A stretch of 64,000 nt of DNA from Bilabrum cf. latius (lineage: Eukaryota), in NCBI GenBank assembly GCA_965178125.1, contig OZ237741.1, forward strand, positions 124,001-188,000. Reading direction: 5' to 3'. The notes beneath the pieces were generated by a model. It made no database searches, was not told the DNA's origin, and worked only from the letters and a program-made list of their open reading frames with translations. The position numbers and the translations under genes are program-made. Positions 49,875 to 62,300 of the stretch are shown here, piece by piece (position 1 is the stretch's first letter; every line of letters begins with the position of its first letter).

Positions 49875-52800
49875 TCAAGAGTCATTGGGGACTTCCTCGT
49901 CCCCCCTAGCGTACGCATCCGCCTCAGCTGTGGCCAGCAGCGGCTCCAGCTTGTCCTTGTCCATCCCCTGACCGATCCCGTTCGCCACGAGAGCCCTCAA
50001 ATGCCTCGGCGGGAACCTGCTCCTGTTCGCCTGCACCCACGGCAGCACGTCCTTCTGCGACGAAAAGTAGAACGCCTGGATGTACAGGTCCACGTGCTCC
50101 TTCCCTCTGGGCATGCACCCCTGAAGCAGAGGCCCCGCCCGCCTCACCGCGGCATACACCTGGGAGGCATCCAGCGCCATGAGGCCCCTGCCCTCCACGG
50201 TGCAGCTGCCCACGCGGGACACGCCTTCCACGAAGCGGTCCATGAAGTGCGCTGTCACGCAGCCCCACACCCCCGCCCACGACTTGGCCGGCATGGCCAT
50301 GGGGAACAAAGACCGGAACTGGTCGTAGGCCTTGCGCTGGGCGGCAGCAGCCTGGGCAGCGGCCCCCGCGGCTCCACCGCGCCGCGTGGGCGTCCCAGCC
50401 GCCGAGGAAGACCCGCCGCCCGTGCCCGCAGCACCGCCTCCCGCACCGCCGCTGGGCGCGGGCCCGTGGGCAGCCGCCCGCAGCAGCAGCCCCTGCTGGG
50501 CCAGCGAGCCCCCGATCCTGCTCGTGTACTTGCTGGCCCGGGATATGTCCCGGACCTCCTTCCACTTGAGGCCGGCCACCAGGCCAGGCAGTTCCCCAGC
50601 CACGGGGGTGGCCACAGGCACAAAGGAGTGGTACACGAGTCCCTGCAGCTCCACCGCCGCACTCGTCACCTCGGTCGCGTACTCATCCACGGACTCTGTC
50701 CTGGCGGGCGGCAGGGCGCCCCGCACCAGCGCCAGCGCGCTGCCTAGCACCTCCAGCACAAAGTCGAGGCTTTCCACCGCGACACACCGGGGCACGATAC
50801 CCGGCGCCTGGTCGGGAGACCGCAGATCCACTCCCTTGACGTCGACCAGCCGTGGGAGGAAACCACCCGCTGCCTGGGGCCCCGCGGCCTCCCCCGCGGC
50901 CCCGCTCGCGGCCATCTGCGCGTCCCTGCCGCCGCTCGCCGCCTTGGCTTTGGCAGCTTCCTCCGCGGCCACAGCCGCCTCCCTGGATGCCTGTGCCCCC
51001 AGCTGGCCGCCCTGCATGAGCTCGAGTGCCACCCGCTTCAGGTGCACCCGGAGCGTCTGGTACGGATCGTGCCACGGGTCCCTCCGGCGGTGCCTGGCGA
51101 GGACGAGCCCCAGCCCGCCGCAGCGAGCCAGATCAGCGTCCCTCACCTCCCCGGTGGTGCCCAACCCCCCAACAGTGCCGCCGGCACCCTTCCCTCGAAA
51201 CTTGGACCCCGCCCCATCCACGCTCCCCAGTGCCAGCTCCCTGGCCGCCGCCACGGCCGCCCTCCTCCCCAGCCTGGAGGCCAGCTCGGGGGGAACTTCG
51301 TCGATGAAATCGAAGGCGTTGGGCTCGCGCGTGCGGCGCTCCTCTACGCGGCGGGGGCCGCCGGACCATGTGACGAGTGTGCGGAGCGCCCCCGTGTGCA
51401 GAAAGTTGGTCGCAACCACGTAGAGGTAGGCGTCCACCAGCTGGGTCAGCCTGCGCCACGCGTCCGAAGCGGCCTGGGGCATCGACTCGATGAGGCCGAC
51501 GTACACGGCCGCGGGACGCGCGATGCCATTCAGACCGGTCTGTGTCACGGTAGGGCTGCCCAGCTTGCGGAGGACCCACTCGTCCAGCGACTTGGCCGCC
51601 TTGGCGCTGGCAGCCACCTCCGAGGTGGCGCTAGCACCCGCCGCCCCGCCCATGGCACCGACGGAGCCCGCCCCCGCCCCGCTGCCCGCCCCCGGCCCCT
51701 CGTCGTCGCTGGACTCGGCCTCGCTGAGAATCTCCTCGTCGTCCTCATCGTCCTCGTCACCCACCCCGCCTGCTCCCCCGGACTGGCCCCGGACACTCCC
51801 CGACAGTCCCCGCCGCATGGGGCTTGAAGGGGTGGGCGAGCCCAGCGGGGTGCCCAGTCCCTCCATGTCTTCGTCCCCGCTGTCCCCGCCGCCCTCGCCC
51901 ATGTGCCGCATGGACCTAGAGCGAAGCAGCAGGGCAGGGGGGTTCACGGAAGCACCGGCACCCGCGCCCGCAGCGCCGTCCCCGTCTCCAGACTCGCCCA
52001 AAGACGAGGGAGGTGCAGACCCCGGGCCCAGATCCAGAACACTCGCCCGCGCTGCCGCACCGCCCGACGCGCTCCCATCCCCCAGAGCGGCCCTCTGCCT
52101 CTCCATCCACTGTTCCCTGGCACGGATCGCCCTGGCCTCGAGCACCTCCGCCTCCCCGTCGATGTCCCCGTCGCACCACTCCCCGAACGGATTGCCCTAC
52201 GACCAGCCGTGCGCGGGCCCGCCCGCCTCCGACACACCGCCAAGATCCAGCCCGTCTCCGTCCGATCCCGGCTGGAACCCGTGCGAGCCACCCAGCAGCG
52301 AGGCCGCCCGCCCGCGGCCGCCCCCGCGCCCACCGCCCACGCCACCGCCGGACGTGGCCCGACCCCTCCCCAGGCTGCCCCTGCCCTTACCCGCCCCTGT
52401 TCCCTGCTGCTGCTGCTGCCCCGCCCCGCGCGCCAGCAGCAGCGCCTCCTCCGCTGTCGCCTCGGAGGGGACGTCGGACCCGTCGTGCGCGTACCATGTC
52501 GCAAACACCCGGCCCAGCCGCCCCGTCCCCACGGCCGCCACCCCGTCGTGGTCCCCTGGCCGCACCGAGTCCCCTCGGATGCTCACAGCGCTACCCTCCT
52601 CCCCCACGCCAGCCACCTCGGCCGCCGCCGCCACCGCCGAAGCGGTCCTGCGCAGGCGCCTCCGCAAGGCACGGGTGGGCAAACCGGCGAGCAGGGAAGG
52701 TCCCTGTTCCCCCGCGGGGTGCTGTCCCTCTCCGGCCCCGCCTTGGTCCTCGGCGGCACCCGTCATGAGTGCCCTGGCGGCTTGGTCCTCGGAGCTGCCC

Positions 52801-55800
52801 GGCTGCGCCAGCATGACCCGGCCGTGGGTGCCCGTGCCGCCTCCAAATGACCCCATCCTCCGCATCTCCCGGAGTCGCGCCACCAGCCGCTTCCCTCGGC
52901 CCACCCCCAGCGCCGACTCGGCCCCTCCTCGGATGGAGGCCAGCACGCCCCTCAGCGCATCGGGAGGGGCCGGCACCGCGATCCACGGCTCCTTGGCCAG
53001 CAGCTGCCTGAGCTTGCGCGAGTGCACCGCGTGGACCGAGTCGACCAGGGACTGGCACAGCAGGCGCGCACCGGTGCGCAGGCTGTCTGCATGCGTGTAC
53101 CTGCCCTGCGAGGGCCACCACTTCCTCGGGACGAACGTTCCTTCGCTTGTTCCCTGAAGCTCCCCGTCCTCGTCACTGGTCTTGTCCTCGTCGCCCGCGC
53201 CGGCCCCACTCCCAGCTGTTCCCCCGCCCGCAGCACCAGCGCTTCCGCCCTCGCGCGCGATGCCCTCTGGTCGGATCGAAGTAAACTCGGCTCCCACCGC
53301 GCACAGGTCCCTGGCCATTGCAATGCAGTGCACTACGTCCCAGACGTGCGTGGCCGTGGTCTCGCCCAGCCCCTCGCAGCCCATGGTCAGCACAGTGGAG
53401 GCCCTGGACTGCGCCTGCCTCCACAGCGCCGAACGAGCCCGCATGAGCTCGCTCAGGCCCTCCCTCACCTGGGTGGCTGCGGTCCTCACCAGACCCTCGC
53501 GCATCGCGCTGGATTCCTGCAGCAGCTCCTCCTCGACGGGCCTGCCGTTGGGACCCAGGATGCCCCCCACCGCGCTGTGCTTCTTGCTCCCTCCCATGAA
53601 CCCGGCGGCCGCCGCCACTGCCGCCACGGCCGACTGCCTGCGCCCGGGGGACCCGCTGCCCCTGGGGCTCCAGGACTCGCCCTCTCCCGCCCCCTCTGGC
53701 AGGTCGGATGGGTCGGGGAGCTGCCGCAGGTGCCTCCAGGCGTCCTCCTCGGGCCTGTCACTGCCCCCGTGCAGCCACGCCACCACCTGTCTCTCGGCCG
53801 CCAGCCGCGCCTCCTGCTCCGCCTTGAGCTCCTCCTCGGTGGGACCGTCTTCGTCCTCGTCCTCGTCCTCGTCTTGGCCAGGGGTCGAGCCTCCGCTCTC
53901 CGATGCGGGGGCGAGGAGGAGCAGCTTGTCCGCGTTCGCGTGCCAGCGCATCAGCAGCACGTGCAGCCGGAGGGCATCGATCACGGCGGCGCACACCCGC
54001 ATGAAAGCTGGCATGATCTGCGGCCCCTAGAGCTGCCTGCAGAGCGCATCGAACCGCTGCGTCATGTGCTCGTTGCGACTGCTCCTGTACCTGCTGACCT
54101 GCCTCTTGTCTGCCTTGTGCTCGGGGGCCGAGAGGAGTTGCACCTCGGAGGGAACCAGCGCACCTGGGCCCGCGGTCGTCGCATGCCCCTCCCCGTGCTC
54201 CTCCTTCGTCTCTGCCTCCTCTGCCCCATCCTCTAGGTCTTTCCGCTCCTCCTCTTGCGCCTTCTAAGCGGCCAGCAGCCCCTCCATGGCCTGCTCTGCC
54301 CGCCTCTCTCGCTCCCTCACTCGCAGCAGAGCGGCCATCGCAGCCCTCCTCTCTGCCGTCAGCAGCACGTCCACCACGGCTTCCTTTGTGGAGGCCTTCA
54401 TCGACCGCAGCACGGCGGCGAGCACACGCTGCGGAAGCTGTGCCAGGCTCGACTTGGCCGCCGTTGTTCCCTGGGCCGCGGCCAGGAGGCCCTGTCCCTT
54501 GGAGCCCCCCACGGTGGGGGCACCCCCTAGCGCAGCGGTAGCCGCGCCCCCGTCGCCCCCTCCCAGCCCCAGCTGGGACGCAACAGCAGCCTCCAACGCG
54601 CCTGGGAGGGCAGCCGCCTCGCCGAGGGCACCCCCCGACGCGCCTACACCCCCGGGCATGTGGTCCCCAGCTGACCCGGGGCCGCTGGCGGTACCCACGG
54701 CCCCCTCAAGTGCGGAACCTGCCCGCAGGCGCCGCAGCCTGCCGCCCCCGTCATCGCCGTCGCCAGCACCGCCCGCCGCCCCGCTGGTCCCGGCCTCCCC
54801 CGCGCCCATGCCCATTCGGAGTGCGGCCACAGCGGCGGCGCGCGCCTCCTCGGCGCCACTCGCCCCGGCCACGCCGCCCTCCTCGTCCGCAGCACCGTCC
54901 GCCAGCTGATTTGCGACCAAGTCTGGGTCCTCGAGCGCGTTCCCCGGCGCCACCCCGTGCTTGTCCAGCACGGCATAGGCCCGCACCACCGAGGCATAGT
55001 CCCCCGCGAGAGACAGCACGCCGTCGGGGAACTGCCTGCAGAGCGTGTCCAGCGCCTGGTCCGCCCGCATGCGCACCACAAGGAGCGCGGCGCCTCCCTG
55101 CAGTCTCTTCCTGACGGGTGTGAGGGCCTCGATCTCGCGGTAGGACCGGTGGTCAGCAAGGGCCTGCCTGCTCTTGATGGCCTCCACCGCCGCGGCGAAG
55201 CAGCCGCCGGTGCAGAGACGGCCCGCCTCTGCCTCCACCCCCGACAGCCGCTGCACCTGCCGCACCCGCTCGCACAGTGCCCTGAGCCTGTCCTGCCGGC
55301 GGCGGCGCCTCGTCATGCCGAGAGCGCCGGAGACCAGGCCCTCCCTGGAGCCACGCAGCCGGCGGAGGACGTTCTTGACGTGCACCACGGTGCGACTCAC
55401 TTCAAGGTCAATGTCTTGGACCATTCGGCCACCGCGGAGGAACACGTCCTGCTTCTGCATGACTGCTCGCTCCAATCGAGAGCGCACCGCGTCGCGCGCC
55501 ATGTCGCTCGTCGCCTGCTCGTTCACGATGAAGGAAGCCTGCTGCCCAGGGTCCCCTGGAAGACGAGTCTGCGATACGTGGAAAGCGCTTTAGTGTCGAT
55601 CTAATGGCGCGTTACAATGTTCTGTGTGCGCCAGATTTTGGTACGTCTATGCTCGATGGATCCTGCGCCGCGGACCGGGCATCCACGAAGCCCGCAACGC
55701 CTTGAGCAGCATAAACAAAAACACTCACAAGTAAATTCTTCACAGGATCAAAATCTTCATCAAAATAGCTCTTATCAAGCATCTCGAACGCTTGCTTTGG

Positions 55801-56206
55801 GTTGCTTGGCATCCGTGGGCCTTTGCCCTGTCCAACCTGCTTCGTGAGAAAGCGTTTAGCCTTGGAACGGAGATTTGATGCACTTCGGTGTTATGTTTGA
55901 ACTGTCGTCGAGTCCACGGGGCCTGTCTCACCTTGCCTGGATCTGCTGACTAGATGGATCCCTTTCCAGCGCTGCTTGGCCTGCGATTTCGATACCATCA
56001 CGATCAAAGCCGAAATGTACCAGAGCGCATAGAGTATCTAATGCTTTGGCAATACTGGCGACTCACTTTCGGCCACCTCTACCTCGTGCTGCCAAGCTCC
56101 TTGGCCGGGCTTGGCCTCGTCCGCGACCTCTCCCTCGAGATGCCGGGGAACCCTACGGTGGAGTCGCGGGGCTCGATCCGAACACAGACTCAAAAAAGGA
56201 CGACAT
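49875..56206 (-). CDS. VPS50: Syndetin/VPS50 (EARP subunit), ~1995 aa; introns 55981-56066, 55837-55931, 55569-55728; 5 in-frame TAGs
   Basis: 'YFDEDFDPVKNLL|TRLP', 'FDALCRQL*GPQIMPAF..LMRWH', 'LRQLLAKEPW', 'RCVAVESLDFV', and C-terminal 'VEGVSRVGSCTVEGRGLMALD..HVDLYIQAFYF'. Three GTGAG...CAG introns are phase-consistent. TGA 49875-49877. Confidence 0.85.
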
Positions 56207-56359
56207 GTCGACCTTGACTCAATCCAGCGGCCGGTTGTTTGCCACCGTGAGCAGATTTTTCGCGGACGCCGCCGAAGAAGTGGTTGCAACCGCCGGCGAT
56301 CCCGGGGCTGGGTGCAAACCTCGGCAACGTTGGGTAGAGAGTCTAGCGATTCAACTCAA

Positions 56360-59300
56360 TCAAAATTCATCGGAAAGAACGATCGGCACGAGCTCCCCCG
56401 AAGTTGCAGCGGCAACCAGAGCATGCTCGCCCACCCACTCGACCGCCCGCATGGACGAGCCCTGGCAGTGGGTTGCAACCGTGTCGCCCGACCGGACGTC
56501 CACCACGGACAGCGTGCCGTCCTCCGAAACGGTTGCAACCAAGCGACCGCTGGGGCTGGGGCGCACGCACCACGCGATGTGGTCGTGCACGGCCACCATG
56601 CGATGCCGAAGACGCCGACCCCTCGCCACCGGGTCTCGGTCCCCGGAGCCCGCATCTCCAGCCGCACCCTCTCCCCCTTCCTGGTGCTGCTCCTGGTCCC
56701 ATTTCCATAGCCCCACCGCCCCGTCCCTCCCAGTTGACACCGCCACCTCGAACCCCGCCCCTTCCCCGAACGATGAGGCACGGCTGAGTCGAGCGACAGC
56801 GCCGGTCCCGCCGGCAGCAACACCCGAGCTAGCAGTGCTCTCTGTTGATTCCAAGCGAGATAAGGCGGGGCCACGGGCTGGCCCCACCTGCGGATCTGCC
56901 CTGCCCGTCAGTACAGGGGACGAAGGGCCAGAGGAGGGCGGCGAGGCGCTCGGGCTGGGAGGTGCTGGAAGGGGCACGCCCTGGCCCGCGGGGGCTGCAG
57001 CGGTTGTGGCAGAGGTGGCCTTCTCGGGTATAACGGCGGAAGCCTTAAGCGCGCCGGCCCTTTGCGTCCCTTCGCTTGCGCCAAGGCCTGCTTCCCCGTG
57101 CACACCCAGCTATGCTGTTGTTTCGGTCTCAAGCGCGCCCCACGCGACCGATCTCACGAAACCCTCGTGCCCGCTCGTCACAACTGCAGGGAACAATGCA
57201 TCTGGCCCCGCGCCCATTTCCTATCCGATCCCGTGCGCCGCGGCGCTGTCTCCAGCAGCAGCAGCAGCAGCACGCTGCAAAGGCCATATGCTCATGCGTC
57301 CGTCCGCACTGCCAATCGCAAGGGCCCGCCCACTCGGGCTGAATTGCACGTCGCGTATCTGTTTCCCACCATGGTGCGGCCGCGCATCGATCTCGCCCAG
57401 ATCAAGCAGGCGCAGGCTCGACTAGTCCTCAGAGTCACCTCCACTGGCACCATCGGACCTGATTGAGACAACGCAACGAAGCAGCACCTTCCCGCATGTG
57501 GAGGCAAGGGCAGCGACAGCTAGGACATGACTCCCATCTGCAGTACCCACAGCATGCAGCGAATGCCCGAGCGATGCGGCCAGCTCGGCTGCAGCCAGGC
57601 CGCACAGCACGTCCCCGCCCACCACGCCGCCGTCCAGCCTCCACTCGTGCCCGACAAGCGCTGGTTCTGGTTCGCTCCTTCCCTCGCCATCACCCGTCGC
57701 CTCCGATCCAGCTGTAGCCCACAGCGAGATGCAGCCTTCGGGGTACCGGAGCTCGCCGTGCTTGGCGCTGGACACGCACCACCCCGCTGTAATGATGCCT
57801 CGCAGAACCCCGCCTTCCTCTCCACCAGAGACGCCAACAGTACCTCCGAATGGCAGTGCTATGTAGGTGCTGCCAGGCCAGTGTGCGGGATCCCCGGCGG
57901 GAGCTGTGACCGAGGCTCCGGCAGCGGTGCGAGCTGAACCGTCCGTGCCAATGAGCATCGGGGACTCTCCACCTGGTGCATGGGCGTGCTGCCACAGCGC
58001 AGTGACGCTTGCGGGAACCAGCATCCGGTGAGCGCACCGCATTTCGATCGCGCTGCCTGTGCCAGCCGCCATGCCGGTCTCTAATCGCCTGCCGAGTTGC
58101 CAGACCTGACACTCTTTGCCTGCGGTCAGCAGTAGCGTGTTTCTGGTCTCCCCGAAGGCCCGCATGCTTCCGACCAGACAGCCCGCCCCGGGCTTGCTCT
58201 CAATTGCGGGAACCATAGTCACAGTCGGGAGAGCACCCCGACCTTCTTTGCTCCTGCCACCACCCGCGCTCTGCTCTGACGGGCGGGTACCTGCTCCTTG
58301 CGCTCCGCTCAACGCATCGTCCAGCGCCCACAGCCGACAAGACGCATCGCCGGACGATGTCACAGCCCGCAAGCAGCCGGCCTCGTCACGCAGGGCCTTC
58401 ACCCCGGTGATCGTGTATCCATGCCCCTGCAGCACGCTCAGAGGGGCGCCGCCCGCCATGGAGTACACGACAAGCGCCGATTCACTGGGCTGTGTACCGG
58501 CGAGGAGAAGCCCACCCGAGGCAGTGCCGTCTCCAGGGCCTCCTTCCACCACTTCCAGCGATATCAAAGCAGAGGCGCGCGGCTCGAATCGAGAGGAATC
58601 ATCGACCGCGAGAATCATTGCCCCGTTGTCCTCCTTTGTGTGGACCGACAAGACTCCGAGGTAGCCCATATCGCCCCCGGCAGCCAATCGCCCTGACGCT
58701 CCTGCGCCACCAGCTGACCCGATATCAGCAATGCTGAACGCCCTGCCGTGCCCGGGTATGTCTGGCTTGCACGAGGCCAGGACAGCCCCTGTTGCCAGGT
58801 CAAGGATCGCCACGATTCCGGCATCGCCGGCACAAGCAGCCAGACCTCGCTCGCCGGCCCCTCCCGCCTCGCCAAGACGGATGCTGCAGAGGCCACGGAC
58901 CGGCCGACCCTGTGCTCCAAGTTCCCCACTGGTGGCAACCCACCGCGACTGCATACGCAGGCAGAAGCTGTCCGACCCCGGGAGCCCATCGAGTCTCAGC
59001 TGCCAGAGGCCCACCTCCCCAGTCGCAGACGAGGCCAGGATTCGATCCCCTGGCAGCGGCAGAATGCACACGAGGCCGACCGACCGGTGGTCAGTCCATC
59101 GGCGTGTCGGACGGTACCCCCGCCCCGCCGCATTGGGGAACAATCTGGCCGTAGTGCCGGTCACGGAGACATCGGCGTCCATTGCCGCAGCACCGCCCGC
59201 GGCAGAGTCAACCTGGATTGGCACCAGGTCGCGATTCTACAGCGACCACGCAGCGATAGACCCGTCTCCACGGCCCCCGAGGAACAGAGACACGCCAGCC

Positions 59301-62300
59301 CCAGCCCCAGACCCGCCAAGAGACAGCACAGAGCTGGCTCCGCACTGCCAAGTGCCGAGATCTCGCTCCGACAGCAGCGCCACTTCGCCCACCACGTCAT
59401 CTGTGCCCTCCTCCTCCAAAGGGACCAACCGCCAGGCCTCTTGTCCGGCACTCCGCCCATGTCGAGCTGCCAGCTGCTAGGCCTCCTCAGCGCATACCTT
59501 GGGGGGCAAGGCCAACTGGCCCTCCCGCCGCAGCGGACCGATGCTCCAGACCGTCGCGGTACCGCCGTCTGTCAGAGACACGAACCCGCTAGCGGCGCAG
59601 GCGGCACTGGCAGACCTGCTCCCACTGATCGGGACCCGACCGACGGCACGCACCCAAGCAGAGGATCGCGCGGGCGCGACGCCCTCGCAGAACGAGGGGA
59701 CGGGGTCACTGAGGCGGAGGGCCAGCCGAGTGCCAGCCCGGGCGCGGAGCTCCGCTGGCAGCGACGCTGCAACCTGAGGAAACACTGATCCAGCAGCGTC
59801 ATCGGCAACCTGCACCCACGGCTTGCCATCGGATACCGCATGTGAGGCGGCCTGTTCCAGTGCGCGCCTGATTGCGCTGTCGCTCCCATCGTTCAGGCAC
59901 GTCTGCACAAATAGCCACGGTCGTCTGGCCAGATCGGCAGCGTGCCGGGCCAAGAAGCCGGCCCATGGCCGCAGCGCCCGAGATGCGGCCACAGGATCAG
60001 ACCTGCTCTGTTCCCCGGCAAGGGTCCAGAGGGAACTGCGTGCACCAGGGTCGTCCGACCCCGCGCCTCGCAGCGGCTTCGTGCGCGTCCACGCCTGCCA
60101 TGCCTCGGGCAGGCCCGGGGCTGCTTCCGCCGCACTTGACACTGCGGCGGCACCGGCGGCACCTGCCAGTCTGCTTGCTTCCGCGACCACGCGCGCGGTC
60201 TCCCACGCCGCAGCCTAGCCAGAACCGACAGACGCTGCCAGGAAGGACGGCCGCGCGAGGCACCGCGCCAGCTCGCCCCACCACCCCAGGCCCATCAGCA
60301 GCCTGGGCAGAACCGACACCTTCCTTCCGTTTGGAACTGCACTCACACGCGTGCCCTCACCTCCCCTCTCCCCGGTCCCCGCGCCGCTGCTAGGACCCAT
60401 GTCCCCAGCCAGCCTCTACCGCCCGGAACGAGAGGCTGAAGAACTGTCCAGGAACCAGTCCGGGCTCTCTGCGATCATGCGTGACGGAAACCAGTCCCTC
60501 GCCAGGCCGCTTAGACAAGCCGCGAGCAGCACGGCAGCGCGATACCGCATCGTGCCCTGCACCGCTCGTTCGGCGTGCGACGCACATGTTCCACTAACGC
60601 TCGGCCCAACAGCCTCCACCGCACCACTCTGGTGCCTCTTGATTTCCTCAACCACCATACCCACCGACCCGAGCTCGTCGTTTGCATCTGCATCGGCCAC
60701 GGACCAGCCCAGCAAGCTGTCCTCGCAGGCAGTCTCCCACAGCAGGCGGTGGTGGAAGCAGTGCACCGGTGCTCCCCCGCTGCCCTCCCTCTCTGCTAGG
60801 AGGGCACCCATCGCCTCCAGCATCCGCACCAGCACCAGGTGCGGCAGGCGCCTGGTGGGCGGGTGGTGGTACTGGTACACGCGCTCGAGCAGCTCGTCGT
60901 CGAGGCTGAGCGCATCCAGCATCTCCTTTTCACTCACGCCGTCCCCGAACGGCCGAAGCGCGATGAGAGACAGGGCAAGGAAGGTAAGGCCGCGACCATG
61001 GTAGTGGGCCACGTGCGCCACGTTGTAGCGGTAGGCAGCCTCGATGGACGCGGGCAGACGAGCCACCTCTGGCGCGGGATCCACGCAGCTCCAGCTGGCG
61101 CCAATGCCTGCCAGCATCGCCACTAGCAGCGCGGCGGGGTTCTATCCCCCGCTCTGAGCCGCTCCAGCAATTGCGCTAAGCTGCGTGGGAGTCAGGTCTC
61201 GCCTGCGCAGAAAGAGCGTGTCCTTGATCGAGCGACGCACGATGGCATCGCCGGTGGTGTGAGACAGTAGCAGCGGCGATGCTTGCATGGCATGCACCTC
61301 TCCGCCGGTGCCATCTCTCTCGCCGGGAGCGGCGATTTCACTGTCTGCGCCTGCCACCCCCGCCCCCGAGGCTGCTTCTTTCGCGGCAATCTCAACGGTT
61401 GAGGGCACGATAGTGTCGAGCACGCCGCTTCTCTTGAGCTCTCTCACGCAGCGAGGCTTCTTGCCTCCCGGAGCGTCCGTGAGGCAGCTGATCACCATGC
61501 GGCAGTGTTCGGGCAGCTCCGAAGGCACCCAGCCAAGCTCCATGAGCACCTCCGCGCCGGCCCCGCCCACGTCCTGGGCCCCGTCATCCGCCGCCTCCTC
61601 GGCGAGCTGGTCCACCGAGTCGACGATCAGCACTGTGGGGTGCTCGGCCGTGGACAGATCCATGAAGCCCCGAAGCGCTGCGGCGATCTGCGACGGGTTG
61701 CCCTGCCGTGCTGCGGCAGCCCAGGCCTTGACCGCCGATGTGCACGACTGGCGGTACATTGAAGCGCCCTCCACCTGGAGCCTTGGGTCCGCTGCCCGCT
61801 CAAATCCAGGCAGCAGCCCGCATCGCATGGATACAGCACACGCAAGATGCGCCGCCAGGCCTCCCAGCAGGGCACGGGCAGTCGAGGTGGATGGACCAGT
61901 CCCGCAAAACCGAGCGGCCACCACGCCGCCCACTGGCACCCCGGCAGCCAGGCCGAGAGAGCTGGCATCTGCAGCGTCCAGAGCCGCCCTGGCACGCAGG
62001 GAACAAGCCGCCAGGAGGGCAGACTTGCCCGTCCCTCCCGGCCCCACGACCACCAGGGGCTTGTTCCCTGGCACAGGAGCCGCTGCAGGAGCGCCCCACG
62101 CGCAAACGCCCGGCACAAGCCCCCCTTCGCCTCGGGCCAGAGCGCCTGTCGCGCTGCGCATGAACTGCAGCAGCGCCCCTTGTTCCCTGGCTCTGCCCAC
62201 CAGCACCTGCGCCCTGCCTCTGGCAAACTGGTGCGCGCCGATCACGTCAGCTGTGACCCGAGGCAGAGCTGCCTTGACTGCCGCTTGCCATGCCGATAGT

